The notes under the pieces were generated by a model that ran no database searches, had not been told where the DNA came from, and saw nothing but the letters and a program-made list of their open reading frames with translations. The position numbers and the translations under genes are program-made. Positions 23,400 to 37,144 of a stretch of DNA of 64,000 nt are shown here, piece after piece. How positions within the stretch are numbered: position 1 is the stretch's first letter; each line of letters starts with the position of its first letter. Source of the DNA: Camelus dromedarius (taxonomy: Eukaryota); assembly GCF_036321535.1 (NCBI RefSeq), contig NC_087447.1, positions 42,906,001 through 42,970,000 on the forward strand, in the 5' to 3' direction.

Positions 23400-26300
23400 G
23401 TTGATAGATTGGAATATCACCATTTTCAACCCTCCCTGAATTACTGAATCTAGGCAGTGACCATCCATGGTTATCCATATCACAAAAAGAGAGACATTCA
23501 GACATTACATGTGTCTTGATACACAGTATCATCTATGAGGTGTTTCCAAACAAATAGAATCTAAATCTAATCAACTCTCTAGATCTAACTACCAACTTAT
23601 AGATGGAGCTCCCAATTGAGAGGAAGTGCAAAGAACAGAGGAACACATGAAATGACACCATGAGGATACAATCCAGTCTGTGAGTAACCATAGAGGCAAA
23701 TGACCTGGTTCCTTCAACAAATATATTGCAAGGGAAAAAAAGTGAGATGGAGGGGAAACCTACAGATTAAAGAGACTTCAAAAAGCATATAAACCAACTG
23801 TAAAGTATGGAACTTATTTGCATCCTGGTTTAAAGAAACTAAAACTATTATGAGATGATTGGGAAAAGGTGAACATTTACAAGATATTTGATGATACTAA
23901 GAACTTATTATTTTTAATGTTATTTTTACTTTATGTTATTTTATGTTATTTTTTAGGTGTGATCAAGATTTGCAATAGTAGACTATTGGAAACAATGAAA
24001 AGCCTATAGAAGAGGGGAGGGTATAGCTCAGTGTTAGGGTGTGAGCTTAGCATGCACGAGGTCCTGGGTTCAATCCCCAGTACCTCCATTGAAATAATTA
24101 CCTAATTACCTCCCCCCAAAACAAAGCAAAAGCAATAAATAAAAGCCTATAGAAGATGGTTAAACAATTAATGTAACATAATTTAAAATATTTGGGCATA
24201 CTTTAACTGAGACAAAGACTCTCAGAGTCTTTGTTTGAATCAGAAATCCAACAGAGCCAGAAGATGCATAAAGGCAGAAGAAAGTTCCAGACTACTTCTG
24301 ACTTGAGAGACCTCTCAGTTATTTCAGAAAGCAGAGATATTAGCTTAAATTATCAGGAAAGGAATAAATTATTAAGACCACCGAACAGATTTGCAGATTC
24401 AGTTACATTTTATAGATCATAACAACACCCTCAGAAGCACAAGCCTCTAAAAAAATGCTTTTGTATGGAAAACATTTCCATGGTTCATTGAACGATCCTG
24501 CTCTATTTTCTGTTATTGTACATTTTCATACAGTCACCACACTGGACAGGAGGGTAAGATGATCCAGTCTTTAGTGGCATAGACTGGGCTGATTTTCAGT
24601 AGCAGAGATGCCTACATTTTCAAGACTGAGAACTGAAATTCTGTCAGTTAACTTTAGGATAAAACTTCCTGCCTAAGAAGCTTTAAGTGTATAACATAAA
24701 AAGAGCAACTAAATAAAATGCCTAGTCCTTGATTGGATACTCGATCAAAAAACAAACGAACCCTGCTGAAAAGACATTATTGGGATAAGTGGGGAGATTT
24801 TAATATGTGCTGATATCTTGTATTAATATTAAACTTGCTGAGAGTGGTACTTTGAACAGTGGTTACAGAGGAAAAAGGCCTTGTTTTTAGGTGGTATATG
24901 CTGAAGTGTTCAGGGATGAAGGGTCATGATGCCTGCAACTCACTCTCAGGGGTTCAGAAAAACTGCATGTTACATTATTAGAGAGAAGTAAAGCAAATGT
25001 GGCCAAAAGTTAACAACTGGTAAATCTACATGAAGGAGATGTAGGTGTTCATCGCACTGTCCTTGAGGGGGAAAAGGTCAAATAATTTTAACAAATGGAA
25101 TGTGAGGTGAGCAATGTTTGCATCTAGAATAGCAAAAAGGAGAATACTTAGGAGATGATGCTAACTTGAAAAAAGCAAGACAGAAGCGAATACAAATATA
25201 CTAAAATGTTACCACCCTAAAATATATTAGGGTGGTAGCATAACTGGTAATTTTTCTGTCTCTTCTCCAAACTTTGTGTTAAAATGTTATGCTACTTTTT
25301 TATATGTATTTTTAAACTTTTATTATGGTATATCTCAAATATCATCCTTTATGTCATAGCCAAAACCCCTCTTCAGAGAGCTTTTCCCAACTACTCAGTC
25401 TAAATTGGACTCTCTTTCACAATCCTGTTTAATTGTCAGCATAGCACTTGCTACAGTGTGTGTTTATCCTTTTCTTTAATTTGTTTTCTTGCTCATTGTC
25501 TGGGTCACCTCTCATATGGTATAAGCTCTCTGAGGGCAGAAATCTTGTCCAGACCCTAAAACAGTGCAGGTATTTGCTCAACAATTATTTGTTGAATGAA
25601 TGAATGAAATCAGGTCTTTGTCATCCAACCTCCCATTTTACTGGAGACTCTGGTGTCTTGAGAAGGGGAAGAACTTGTCCCAGTTTCCTCATGAGTTGGT
25701 GGTAATATCAGAACTAGAACTCATGCCTTGTGACTCAAGTCTCAAAAGGCTTTTCTTTCAAAATGTCTAAAGGTGAAACAGCTCCTGTGCACCAGACAAG
25801 AGGCAGGAGTGAGAGGGTCCACAGCCCATTCTCCTTGTTGCAGTGTGCTAGCAGCCCCATAGGTGGCACTAACGACACTCATTTAGCTCACTGGAAAGTC
25901 AGGAAAGCTAGGGAGACATTTTGATAAGGAGGGACAGGGTATTTGCACAGTCTTAAACTGTTTCTCTATCAACTGCTCATTAGTTGTGGAGGAGAAAAAG
26001 TATACAGTATTTATACAGTGGATAAATCAGAAAACTTCTTGACTGTGTTAACATCACCAGTGAGGGACAGGTGGACGAAATTGTGCATCCAGAAGTGGAA
26101 GGGGAGATATGCTTAAAGTACATCATTGGGTCAACTGACAAAACTGGAATATGGACAGTAGATTACATTGTTGTATCTGTTAAATATGTTGCAGTTGATA
26201 ACTGTCCTGTGGTTATATAATAAATTATCCTTATTTTTAGGGACTATGTACTGGGGGTATTTAGGAGTAGAAGTCTATAGTGCATGTGACTTACTCTCAG

Positions 26301-26600
26301 ATGGTGCAAAAAATATTTTTTCTAATTTAGATATGTAGAAATATATTTTAATATATAATATTTATATATTTATAATATTTTCAATATGTATTTATATATA
26401 TTTCAATTAGAAAAGATGTATCAAAAATATGTATATATAAGATATAAATAAAGCAAATGGGTAAAATGTGGTGAATCTGGGTAAAGAAAAAAAGGTGAAG
26501 CTAGGTAAAGAGGGTATATGGGTATTCTTTCTACTATCTTTATTTTTGCAACTTATCTGTAAGTTTGAAAATTTAAGAAATAAAAATGAATTAAAGGATG
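23400..26600 (+). mobile_element. Cluster of old L1M 3'-end fragments interleaved with L2/MIR pieces
   Basis: Repeated L1M 3'UTR motifs (aaagcaaatgtgg..aaaatg...gtgaatctgggtaaag...ttgcaact...tgtaagtttgaaaat); L2 tail gttgaatgaatgaatg at ~25590. Confidence 0.55.
24014..24140 (+). mobile_element. tRNA-derived SINE (camelid type) with perfect 16-bp TSD
   Basis: GGGGAGGGTATAGCTCAGTG...GGTCCTGGGTTCAATCCCCAGTACCTCC and an A-rich tail; TSD aaaagcctatagaaga at 23998-24013 and 24141-24156. Confidence 0.92.
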
Positions 26601-28109
26601 GTGGTTCCAGGCACCTTCTCTGCCCACCCACCCCTCTTTCCATTGTGCAACAATTCAGAGCTGGTACCCTGCTTATTTGTGTGTGTCTTCTGTCCCCTTT
26701 GCTTCAGTCTTCTCTTTCCTGAAAGGGTTGTGTTTGGCTTCTAGACTCTGAAGCTGAGGAGGAGATGGAATTACTGTTGTTCATGACTGGAAAATGCTAT
26801 TGAAGCTTCTGTAGAGGGATGTAGAGAGGCAGTGGAGGGCTCTGAGGCCAGTCTCTATCCTCACTCTGGCCTCCGGGAACTGAGGGTATCTGTGGGGTCA
26901 GCTTGTTGGAAGTGGTCAGGGTTGTGCTAGGATTCCCCAGACATTCTAAAGAGGCATCTGGTATCCAGGGGCTCAGCTGGGCTGGGTGTGGCAAGAGCCT
27001 GGGCAGAATGGGGACAGGGAAGGCTTAGCTATCTTTTCTTTCTGCTTACAGTTTCTTGGAAGTGACACAATCCATCTTCTCCCTGAGCCTGGCATGCTGT
27101 ATACTCTTGAATCTTCAGGAGTCCTTTCAATCTTCCAGTGATTTACTTTGCGTTTAATCAGCAAAATTGGATGTCAGGTAATAGGGAGGTGGAACGTTTG
27201 CCTCAGGTTTGATCCTGCACTTCTTCATGAGATGGCTTCTGGTGGTGTTTCCTCTGGCTCCAGACCCTTTATACACGAGTAAAATACACCTCCCTGGCCT
27301 GGCCTGCCCCTCACCCAGCCAGCCTCATAGGAGGAGGAAGTCAAGCCCTGCAGTCAGCTGGGGAAAATGAGGAGGATCTGGACTAAGGCTCCAGCTCCCA
27401 TTACTCAACCTCGTAAGCCAAGGTCTTGTCTGGGCTCATCAAATGAAGTGCTAGACTGTGAAATCCCTTAGACATATCCAAAAAAATGTTTGGATGAACC
27501 AATCACACTTCCAAATGAATGGTATTTTTATCACTAAACCATTGAAAGATTCATTATTAGCTTTCATTGTTCTTTTGGAAATCTTGAAGACTGTTGCAGG
27601 TGATAGCTGTCTTGCACTTAGAGCATGTCACAGGTAAGTGAGACAGTGAAGCCTCATGGTTAGGAGCACAGACTCTGGACCAGAACAACCTGTACAGGAC
27701 TCACATGTACCAGCTGTTGGGTCTTGGACAAGTCACTCTAGCACATTGTACTTCTGTTTCTTTAATAAAGATAATGACAGTATCTGTCTCATGGAGCTAT
27801 TGTGAGGGTTGAATAAGTTAAAATACAGAAAGCATTTGGAACAGTGCCTGGAACAGAGTAGATATTAGGTAAGTTAGTATCACCTGTATTTTATGAAAAC
27901 TAAGACACAAAGATGCTGGCACTTTCTTGGTCCTTCAGGAAAGTGTCAACAGAAGATTTTTACGCGTGTCAGGACTGCTACCTGGCTGATAGTGATAGCA
28001 ATGTGTAATTATAAGATGCAATCCAATTTCAAGGAAGTTTCAAAAGTGAAAAAAGTGAGCTTTAGAATCTATGAAATATAAAGCATTATTTAGTTCTTTC
28101 TACTTTATT

Positions 28110-28470
28110 TTTAAGTTAAGATATAATTCATATGCCTGATATTCACTTTTTAAAAGTATAATTCAGTGGTTTTCAGTCTATTCACGAGGTTGTTCAACCA
28201 TCACCACTGTCTCATTTTAGAACATTTTTATCACCCCAAAAAGAAACTCGATACCTGTTAACAATCTCTCCCCATTACCTCCTTTTCCCAGTTCCTGGCA
28301 ACTACAAATCTGCTTTCTCTATATATAGGTTTGCCTATTCGGGACATTTTATAGAAATGAAATCATACAAGATATGGCTTTTTGCATCTGGCTTCTTTCA
28401 CTTAGTGTAATATTTTCAAGATTTATCCATGTTACAGTATGTATCAGTAATTCATTCCTGTTTATAGCCA
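28110..28470 (-). mobile_element. L1M (L1MB-like) 3' end
   Basis: gatataattcata...attcagtggttttcagt...ttttagaacatttttatcaccccaaaaagaaac...tggcttctttcacttag. Confidence 0.75.
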
Positions 28471-29164
28471 ACACGGTGTGAATCAACTGCTTCTTGACTT
28501 AAGAAAACTGAAGTCCATCTCTTCCCAAGTCTTTGGGGTTTTTACTAACAGAATCAACAAACCATGGAACAAACTGTACTAATTGCTTCTATGTTTTGTT
28601 ATACTGACAGACTTCAATTCTGATCTCTCTTCCTTAAGTGTCAAGCAATTTGATATTGCATTGTAACAATAACGTTACTATAGAGTGTTTAAGTAAACAA
28701 TATATATTTGTTGCCAGTGGTGACATTAATAATTACAGGAATAGGATGAGAGCAGATTGTTGTGTAGCAATGACCGCTGGAACAGACTGTGTTCCCTTGG
28801 CAGTGTCGAGAGTTTGTCATGTGAGTGGTTATGGTGTTGCAATCCATTACCTCACTGAGAGCTGATGACTTCAGCTGTGGTAACTAGCCATAATATTTAA
28901 TATAGCTTTCTTGAGCCACTTGAAAACTTCAAAATAAATTTTTTTTGGTCTAAGGCATTTACACCAAGGTTTCCCCAAGAATACCTAGTACCTCTATGTA
29001 CATATTTTAGAGAGTTATGTTTTACTTCCTTGTGTAGTTTCTCTGATTCTTCCCTAGAAATGTTAATGATAATTTGCAAATTAGAAATGAATATTTTTCT
29101 GTCAGTCTATCTATCCACCTATTTACCTATCCATCTATATCTCACCATGTTCTACAAAGTCTCT

Positions 29165-29232
29165 TTCTTCCTTCTTCCCTTCCTTCCTTCCTCCTTCCTT
29201 CCCTCCCTCCTTCCTTCTTCTTGCCTTCCCTT
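29165..29232. repeat. (TTCC/CCTT)n polypyrimidine simple repeat
   Basis: ttcttcccttccttccttcctccttccttccctccctcc, preceded by an (ATCT)-like stretch. Confidence 0.85.
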
Positions 29233-29939
29233 CGTTTCCACTATTCATTCTCTCATTTACTAATGCCATGCTTTTTATTAAATAGCTACTAATTGCCAGA
29301 CAGCGTTCCAGGTACTGGTAACAAGCAATAAACAAAGAGGCTTGGTCCCTACTGTCTTGGAGCTTAATTTCCAGTGAGGGAAGAAACAAAATAAATTAGA
29401 TTGTGTTAGATGGTGTTCAGTGCTCTGAGACAACAAAGTAAAGTAATGTGATAGACTGTGGAAGGGACTACTTTAGATAGGGGAATGGAAGTCTTCTCTG
29501 AGGAGGTGGCACGTGAGCTGAGATGTACATGATGAAAAGGAATCAGCCTTGTAAGGGTATGAGAGCAGAACCTTATAGATAGGGGAACAGCAAGTTAAAA
29601 TATTTGAAGCATCTTAAAATAATACAGTTGATACAATGAAAAAAAAAGTAGAAATGAGGGAAAATGGAAGAGACAGAACAGGAGAAAAGTTGTAACACTG
29701 ATATGCCAGTGCTAGAGTTTCACAAAATTATTAAAGTTGAGTTGCAAACTTGGTTTCTACCTTCCTGAAGCCAAGGTGAAAGTGGAAATGTGATCAATTT
29801 TATGGTTTGCTTTCTTCATAAGGAAATGAGGTGTCAGTTTTTCAAGGGGAAAAATATATTTTTTTCTGGCATTCAGGATTGAACTACATTTGTTGCATGG
29901 ATCTTCCTACAAGGAGCATAGAGTGATTTTATGTTAATA

Positions 29940-30430
29940 TGACACCCCCCGCCCCCGCCCTGCCCTGACCCACAAATGTCCATGGAAGCTGTGAATGTTA
30001 CTTTATGTGCAAAAAGCACTTTGCAGAGGTGATTAAGTTAAAAACTTTGAGATGGGGAGACTATTCTGGATTTTTCAGTTGGGCCCAGTCTAATCATTTG
30101 GGTTCTTAAAAGCTAAAAACCTTTCCTAGCTAGAAACAGAGGGAGATGTGATCTCAGAAGAATGGTCAGAAAGATACAATATTGCTGCATTTGAAGATGG
30201 AAGAAGAGGACCATGAACACAAGGAATATAGGTTGCTTCTGGAAACTGGGATAAGCAAGGAAACATTCTCCTGTAGAGCCTCTAGAAAAGAACAAATCTC
30301 TGCTGACACTGATTTTAGTATGGTGAGTCCCATGACAGACTTAGAGAGAGCTGCAAGATAATATATTAGTACTCTTTAAATCAACAAGTTTGTTGTAATT
30401 TGTTATAGCAGCCATATAAAACCAATACAA
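29940..30430 (+). mobile_element. MLT1-type MaLR LTR
   Basis: tgtgaatgttacttt...ttgcagaggtgattaagtta...ttctcctgtagagcctctagaaaagaac...taatttgttatagcagccatataaaaccaataca. Confidence 0.75.
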
Positions 30431-32619
30431 TTAGATTCATTTTGGTTGGGATAATGGAAACTCAGCCACTTGAACTAGCTTAAGCAAAATAGGGCACCTT
30501 ATTATAAAGATTTTAAATATTGCATGGAATTCAAAGGCAGGAATGTGGCTTATTTCAGGATATGCTATGATTAGGGATGGAAAGCTCTCAGAACTCTCTT
30601 GGTCTTTCCTCTTTTTGTGAATCTTTTTCATCCTTTCTGTTCTTTTCACATTTTTTCTGCAGCCTGATAATCTGCATTTCTCCAGGTCACATGGTGGGAA
30701 AGCATGCCTGTGGACAGCTTCTGACTTTATATATTACAGCATTCTATGTTTCTATGTTAACTACCTAGAGAAAAACTAAAATGTCTCAGTCCTAATTCCA
30801 AATTCCCGGGAGTGGGATCTGATCAGCTTTGCTCTGGTACTACTATTGGAGCAATCAACTGCAGCCTGGTGGCCTAGTTTGTCTGAGGATTAGGGCTAGT
30901 TTCCAGAAAAAGACATCTCGCTATATCGCTGTTCTTAAAATGCAACTTGCAACTCATCTAGGGGCCAAGAGATCATTTAATGGGTGGAAACCAGCATTAA
31001 ATAGTGATAAAATGCATGTGGTACAGGTAATATTTTATAAAGCTTGTTTTAGTTATTAAATGTGTAGGTACATGTGTTTTGGCTGATAATGTAAAACATA
31101 CTTCTTTTGGAAGATTATGATTCAAACAATTTGAAAAACCCTGGACTGGCCAATATGGTAGGATTTTGCTACAGGGATGCAATAAACATCATTCTTAAAA
31201 TAATCCCTTCAGTAAATTCAAAGGTGTCACGAGTATTTTTTTTTTAACAGCATCTCTTAATATAAGCAGATGAACTAAGGGTAAATCGTGACTTGATAAA
31301 GGCAGTTTTGCAAGGGTGAAGACAAAGTGGTACAAGCACACAGCTTTTTTGATAGTCTGGCTTAACTGATAAAATAAACTCCAGTGGTTCACAACCTGGC
31401 TTTGTGTCAAGCTCTCGTGAGATCTTTTAAAAATGGTTTCATGAGATTTACTTAGAAGTTCTGGAAGGGTGACCTGTGAATCTGTATTTAAACACAAAGT
31501 AAAGCAAAACAGATAGAACTCCCTGGATGTCTCTGATATGTAGCAGATTTGGGACTCACTTGACCCAGAGGCTCTGTAGAGTAGCAAGTCATCTGCATGC
31601 CTCTCAAACAAGTCTCCACAACTGCCATTTCTCTCCACTAGGCTTTTCACAGACATCAGAAAGTGGACAGTTCAAAATTATTCCTTGGTAAGGATGTGGA
31701 ATGTAAGACCTCACAGCTGCTGATTAAAGGCAGAGCCATACACTTCACAGCTCAGTGAAGCAGATGGTAAGGTTTATCTTCTTTTGTTGGACATTGTGGC
31801 ACTAACACTCATGCTTGGATGGAGGCAGGGCTCAGGAGAGAAGTAGAACATTCTTGCAGGCTATTCCAGACCCTCATTAGACAATAATTCTGTACTTCTT
31901 GAGAACAAAGTTTGCCAAATACTCCAAAGTTCTACAGTACAAGATGTGGTGGGGATTATATGTGTTTGGAAAATTTGCAAAACTGGTTACCAGTTGCCCA
32001 GCAGGGCCATTTTGAGTTTTCAGATGAACGTGACAGGACGAACCCATTGCCAGTGGTGGACCTCTACCTCTAAGCAATAAAATGAATCGATCTACTGTAA
32101 CAAGTTCTTGGCTATTAATCAAATAAATTTTAGATGGCATCTGCCTGAATAATTAGGCCAGTATCAGGAGAGTTGAATTTCTTTTCCCCCAGCTGCTACA
32201 GAGCAAGACCCATGTCCACAGAAGCCATTCCTAGTTGAGGTCAAGAAATACATTAGCATACAGCTGGAGTCCATATTTCCAGCCTCTATTGCAAAGGGCA
32301 TGCATTCAGAGGGTTCCACAGAGTTGTGGCTAAAACATATTCCTGGGAATTGTCCTTTGATCTGTCAAGAGCCTTCTCAGCCCCTCTGTGGAGACAAACA
32401 CCCTCCACTCCCAGCCCCTGGAACTGATACTTGATTCATTTCCCTGTCTTGTAGGCCAGTTCTGAACCCACTGCAGTGTTGAGACTTAGACCCCCAGCTC
32501 CAGCTGGCTGGACCACAAGACTTTGGGCTCTGAGCAAGAATACTGGCCTGGACATCATCTCAGTACTGTTATATCACTGTTACAAAGTTTGAATTTCGTG
32601 TAACATGTTTCTGTTTCAG

Positions 32620-33170
32620 TGTCGCCGAGGTGGTTCCTCAGGTCCATCCCTAAGAGGAACTGCTCGCCGGGACGCCTCCGAGCGCACCTGGGGGCACCTT
32701 CCTCTCCAACCCGGCCGCAGGGAGAGGGGCTTCGCTCCAGGCTACGCGCTTTGTCCCCGCGCGGCCCCCGTCCACCTCCCTGTCGCTGCCCAGCCGGCCG
32801 AAAAGTTTCTACAGTTGCGGAATTCCGGGCTCGGCGACCACCAGCGCGAAGTGTGAGCGCCAGTCGGAAGCCAGCACGCCCGCCGGCCCAGGTGAGTGGC
32901 TGCTGGCGTCTGGGCGCAGGGCGGCCCCCGCGGGAGTGGGCGAGCGGCCGGGCCAAAGCGGACCTGCCGTTGCTATGACAACGCGCCGGCAAACCGGCCG
33001 CTGGGCGTCCGGCTGCCGGGTCGGCTGGCGGCCCCCGCCGCCCGCTCCTAGTGTCTCCTGGGGCCCAGCCGTTGGGACCCCATTTTCCCCGGGTCGGTGT
33101 TTGGGGTGGTCCTTGGTTGCCCCGATTCATCCCCACCTTCTCACCTCGACCACATCTTGAGACGTGAACC
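32620..33170 (+). promoter_or_regulatory. STK33: CpG island promoter with non-coding first exon, probably STK33
   Basis: Abrupt GC/CpG-dense segment; consensus donor CAG|gtgagt at 32891/32892; ETS core CGGAAG near 32865. Gene identity comes only from recalled head-to-tail TRIM66-STK33 synteny; no STK33 coding sequence is in the window. Confidence 0.7.
32969..32982. promoter_or_regulatory. RFX X-box motif GTTGCTATGACAAC
   Basis: Close match to the palindromic consensus GTTGCCATGGCAAC, inside the CpG island. Confidence 0.75.
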
Positions 33171-33936
33171 GTTTTGAAATTTAAATCTGACTTACTCTAG
33201 GGTAAGTGTGATTTGGGAAAAATGACACATCCTTGAAAGTTCTGAAGTTGCGGGTTTTTCCCCCTCCTTTCTTCTTTTTTTAATCTCCTAAAGCCTGGCA
33301 CCTAGTAGGACCTCGTTATATGGTAGCTCTTGCTTACGACACTTAGTGTAGTTCCTTGCACACAGTGGGTGCACATTCGAGGAGCCTCTTACAGATATGT
33401 GGACAGGTAATTTAAGCGCTCTGCCTCAATTTCCTCGTCTGTAAGGGCAGGTTATAATTTCTCACGCAGTGTTGTGGGCTCGAAGGAGCCTGTATATGAA
33501 ACTGCTTTGTGAGCAGTAAATGTCAAGCATTTGGGGTTTAGTTGTAAGGGGTATTTACATGCTGCACGTGGTTTGAGTCTCCCGGTCCCCTGTCACTAGC
33601 CAAGGAGGACCTTCTTTTCTGTCTGACCACCAAACAACTCCAGTATCCAACCAGGAAACAGAGTGGTCATGCATCAGAAGAGGGTTCTGTCAGTGAAAAG
33701 AAACAGCAGCAGGGTTTTGAGCCTAACTTTCTCCACTTCTCTCTCCTTAGAGACATTGTTACAGTTGTAATTTTATTTGTGTGTCTGATACATAGTGTGT
33801 GGTAAATAAGTACTTAAATGTTTGAGTTATAAGGATTTTCCCATGTCATTCAACAGTCTCTCAAAATAAGCATCCTGGTTAAAAGCACAGACTCCAGAGC
33901 CAGGCAGAAGCACAGGTGTGAATTCCAGCTCTGCCA

Positions 33937-34235
33937 CAGTTCCTTATCTGAAACCCATGGGGGCAGTTTGTGTTTTAAAATTCAGAATTTTTCAGATTAT
34001 GGAAAGACAACGTGGTGTATAAACTGCACCACTTCTAGTAGGGTCTGGGGAAGTACCCTGGAAATAAAGAACACATGAATTCTTTTAACTTCATTCTAAG
34101 TGTGATAAGTAAAGACTGTACATACTTTCACATGAGTTCAGGTCAGGTTTTGCTAACAGATCAATTTGCCACATGTGTGAGTACATGTGGTGTTTGGAGC
34201 TTTTTGGATTTTAGAATTTCAGATAAGGGCATATG
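33937..34235. mobile_element. MER46C-like TcMar-Tigger MITE inserted in a MIR
   Basis: Inverted repeats ccttatctgaaa 33942-33953 and tttcagataagg 34217-34228; MIR halves on both sides (~33870-33936, ~34250-34390). Confidence 0.7.
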
Positions 34236-37144
34236 AGTCTCTGCCAGTGTAGCTGCTCAGATTCCTCAGCTGTAAAATGAAAATGTTAGTGTCTGCCTAC
34301 CTCCCAGGTTCCATTCATGTTTTGGGAGGAGTAAATGAGTTAGTACATGTTAACTGCTTAGAATAGTGAATGATCCTTAATCAGTGTTATAGAAAAGAGT
34401 CAGCTCTTAGGATATTATTTTTATTGGCTCCATAATAATCCACACTGTGGACAAACCATAATTTATTTGCAATTTATTTATTGTTGGATAGTTATATTTC
34501 AAGTACAAAACTGTAGCAATGAATGTCTTTATACTTACATCTTTTGACTAGATTTTTGATTACTGAAGATCAGTTCCTAAAAATAAACTACAGAGTCAAA
34601 GGGCAGAGTAAATGCTCTTCAAACATCATGTTATCCGTAGAAAGATTATACCAGTTTGCCATCCTGCTGTCAGTTTTGTGACACCTGTGTTAGCATTATC
34701 ATTTAAAAAAAAACTTTGTAAATTTCACAGATTAAATATAGTGCCTCATTTTAACTCACATCTTTCATTATTAATGTGTTTAACCATTAAAAAAAAATCT
34801 TGCTGTTAGTTATTAGGTATTTCTTTTCTGTGAATTGCCTGTACAAGCTCTTTGATGGTTTTTATTTTGGAGTCTCAGTTTTTCTTAATTGTTTAATTGT
34901 TTGATATTTGCATGCTGGGCTTTGGCTGGAATTAGTTGGATAAGGTATCCCTGGAGCCTGGGGCAAGTTGTTACTTGCCTGCAGGCTACAGAGCAATGTA
35001 GAAAGCAGTGTTTCAGAGGCTGGATCTTGAGGAAAATCAGAAATCAAGACCAGGCTGTTTATCTGAATCTTCAGGCCAACAGAGCTTAGAAAAAAGAGAG
35101 CATCCAGGTAGGAAGCAAAAGAATTAGGAAGAAGAAAGAAGGAGAGTGATCCTGAAAGCTGAGAGAGAGATGCTGTAACCTCTTTTTCATTTTTTTTGTA
35201 GGGATCTAGCAATTTCTTGTATGGATGATGGGGGAATGGGGGTGGGGACACTGTCTTGGCCAGACACTGGTTTGTGTGAACTCTTTGTAGAGTAAGGATA
35301 TTAACCCTTGCTTGACATAGGGGGGTGTTTCTCTTACAATTGCCTTTTCATTTAATTTATAATGGCTTTTGATTTATAGAAATTAAAACAATTTATGTTG
35401 CCTACTTATTAACCTATTCCTTTTTGGTTCATTGCTTTTATGCTTAGAAAATCTTTTTCATGCAGAGACCAGGTAACACTCTACATTTTCTTTAAAAATG
35501 TTATTTTGTGATGTCAGCAAATCAAGGAAGAGTTAATGAAAGTGAAAGAACTGAGTAGTGTGATTTCCAATAAAAAACCTAAAAGGTGATGATATAAAGG
35601 GTGATACTCATGTCATCTTCCTGTCTCCTTGAAGACAGAAGAAAAGAATTTATACTGCTGTATAAGAGATTGACAGAGACTTTCTCTGGCGGTGTCATAC
35701 ATTGTGAACTTGTAGAATCATATCCTCAGAGACTTTTAGAAGTGTCCTGAAAGAGATGTGATCTCTGAAGATATTTCCTACTTCTTTTATCCACCTGATG
35801 GTCCTATATAGTATTTCAAGCACCCACAGTTCTTAGATACTGAGAAATAATTTCCTTGTTTTTAAAAGAGGCTTAAAAAGGGGAAAATGTATTGTAGAAT
35901 TAAATGTTGACCTTCTTGGCACTGGTAAATTAGAATGCTTTCAGATGTGCTTCAGAAAGAATTTCCCTCCCTACTGAGATCCGTTATGGGTCAGTGAGGC
36001 GAATTGTGTTTTCTTTGGATCTGTCTTAGGGTTCCAGAATGTGAAGAGTAGACAACTTATTGTTAAACTGTATTAATATATATTCTCTTAGTTTATTAAC
36101 TAAAATAAATTGTAAGGTGCATGAAAGACTAATCACCTTAGGAATTCCTGCAGTTTTGTCAACCCCAAGCTGTTTAATTTCTGGAAGGTTTGTAAGGTGA
36201 GGGGCAGTATCTTTTGTAATTCATCAGAATATTCTTTTTATTTATAATAGACTAATTATCTTTCTTAATAACCATTGACTTCTCAGTTTGACTATCAGAG
36301 AGGATGTGGTATAACATCAAGAATAAAGCCAGAAAAAGCAACTTTCTATTGAAGAAAAGTTGATTTAGAAATAGTGTTAACATTTACTTTATTTTTTAAT
36401 CTAAATTACTTAGTAGACATTATTAACTATTATAAACTTGAATTCAACAGATATTTATTGCATGCCTACAATGTTCTGAGCACAGTTCTAGAATATTGTG
36501 TCATGTTTTTACTTTTACATTGTATGTGTCCAAAGTTTGCTTATAATTCAGTATTCTTAATGTGAGCTGTGTTTACATGGAAAAACTAGTCACAGACATA
36601 TACATTCAGAGAATCTAAAAAAAGCCTTATAGAAGATGTTCATCCAGTCTCTAAGGATGAGATGCTGTTAATTGAAAGTTCTACTCTGTTACTTTGTTGT
36701 TTTGGTGGAATGCTCATCTGCAGTGACAGAGCTGCTGGGAGAGAATCCATCTACCGTTTACCAAAGGCAGTGGGTCTGAGGCTCAGGTTCTTATACTTGA
36801 ATTCTTCCAAGTCTGTTTGCTGTCAGCAAATCTAACATAGAGGCACTTACATCTGCTCCAGGGAGCTCAGTTTCCAACCAGCTGAGGTACTGGGAAGAAA
36901 GCAAATATTTACCCTTGGACGTTTTTCATGGAAATCAAATTAATTTTTCCTCTCAATCTTCTTTATGTTGGCCTTCAGTTTATGGCAATAAAATTCAATA
37001 CTTTTCATATTTGTGATTATGAAAGTAAACACCAATGTCCAGCAGTGATTTTTTAAGTTAACTTAATTGCTTTTCTGTCCTGTCTCTTTGATGGTACATA
37101 TGTTATAATGTGTTCCCCTAGCTCCTTTTTATACTCACAGCTCA

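Noticed and set aside
24014..24090. tRNA-like sequence (also ~9745-9820 on minus)
   Set aside because: Has a SINE body, A-rich tail and TSD, so it is a SINE head rather than a tRNA gene.
9651..24140. Oppositely oriented SINE pair forming dsRNA
   Set aside because: About 14 kb apart, and the second copy lies beyond the inferred TRIM66 polyA site.
31195..31656. 153-aa minus ORF upstream of the CpG island
   Set aside because: No recognisable homology or splice support; consistent with a chance ORF.
32555..33136. 193-aa minus ORF and overlapping plus ORFs in the CpG island
   Set aside because: Arg/Gly/Pro/Ala-rich and stop-poor simply because of high GC; no kinase or other motif.
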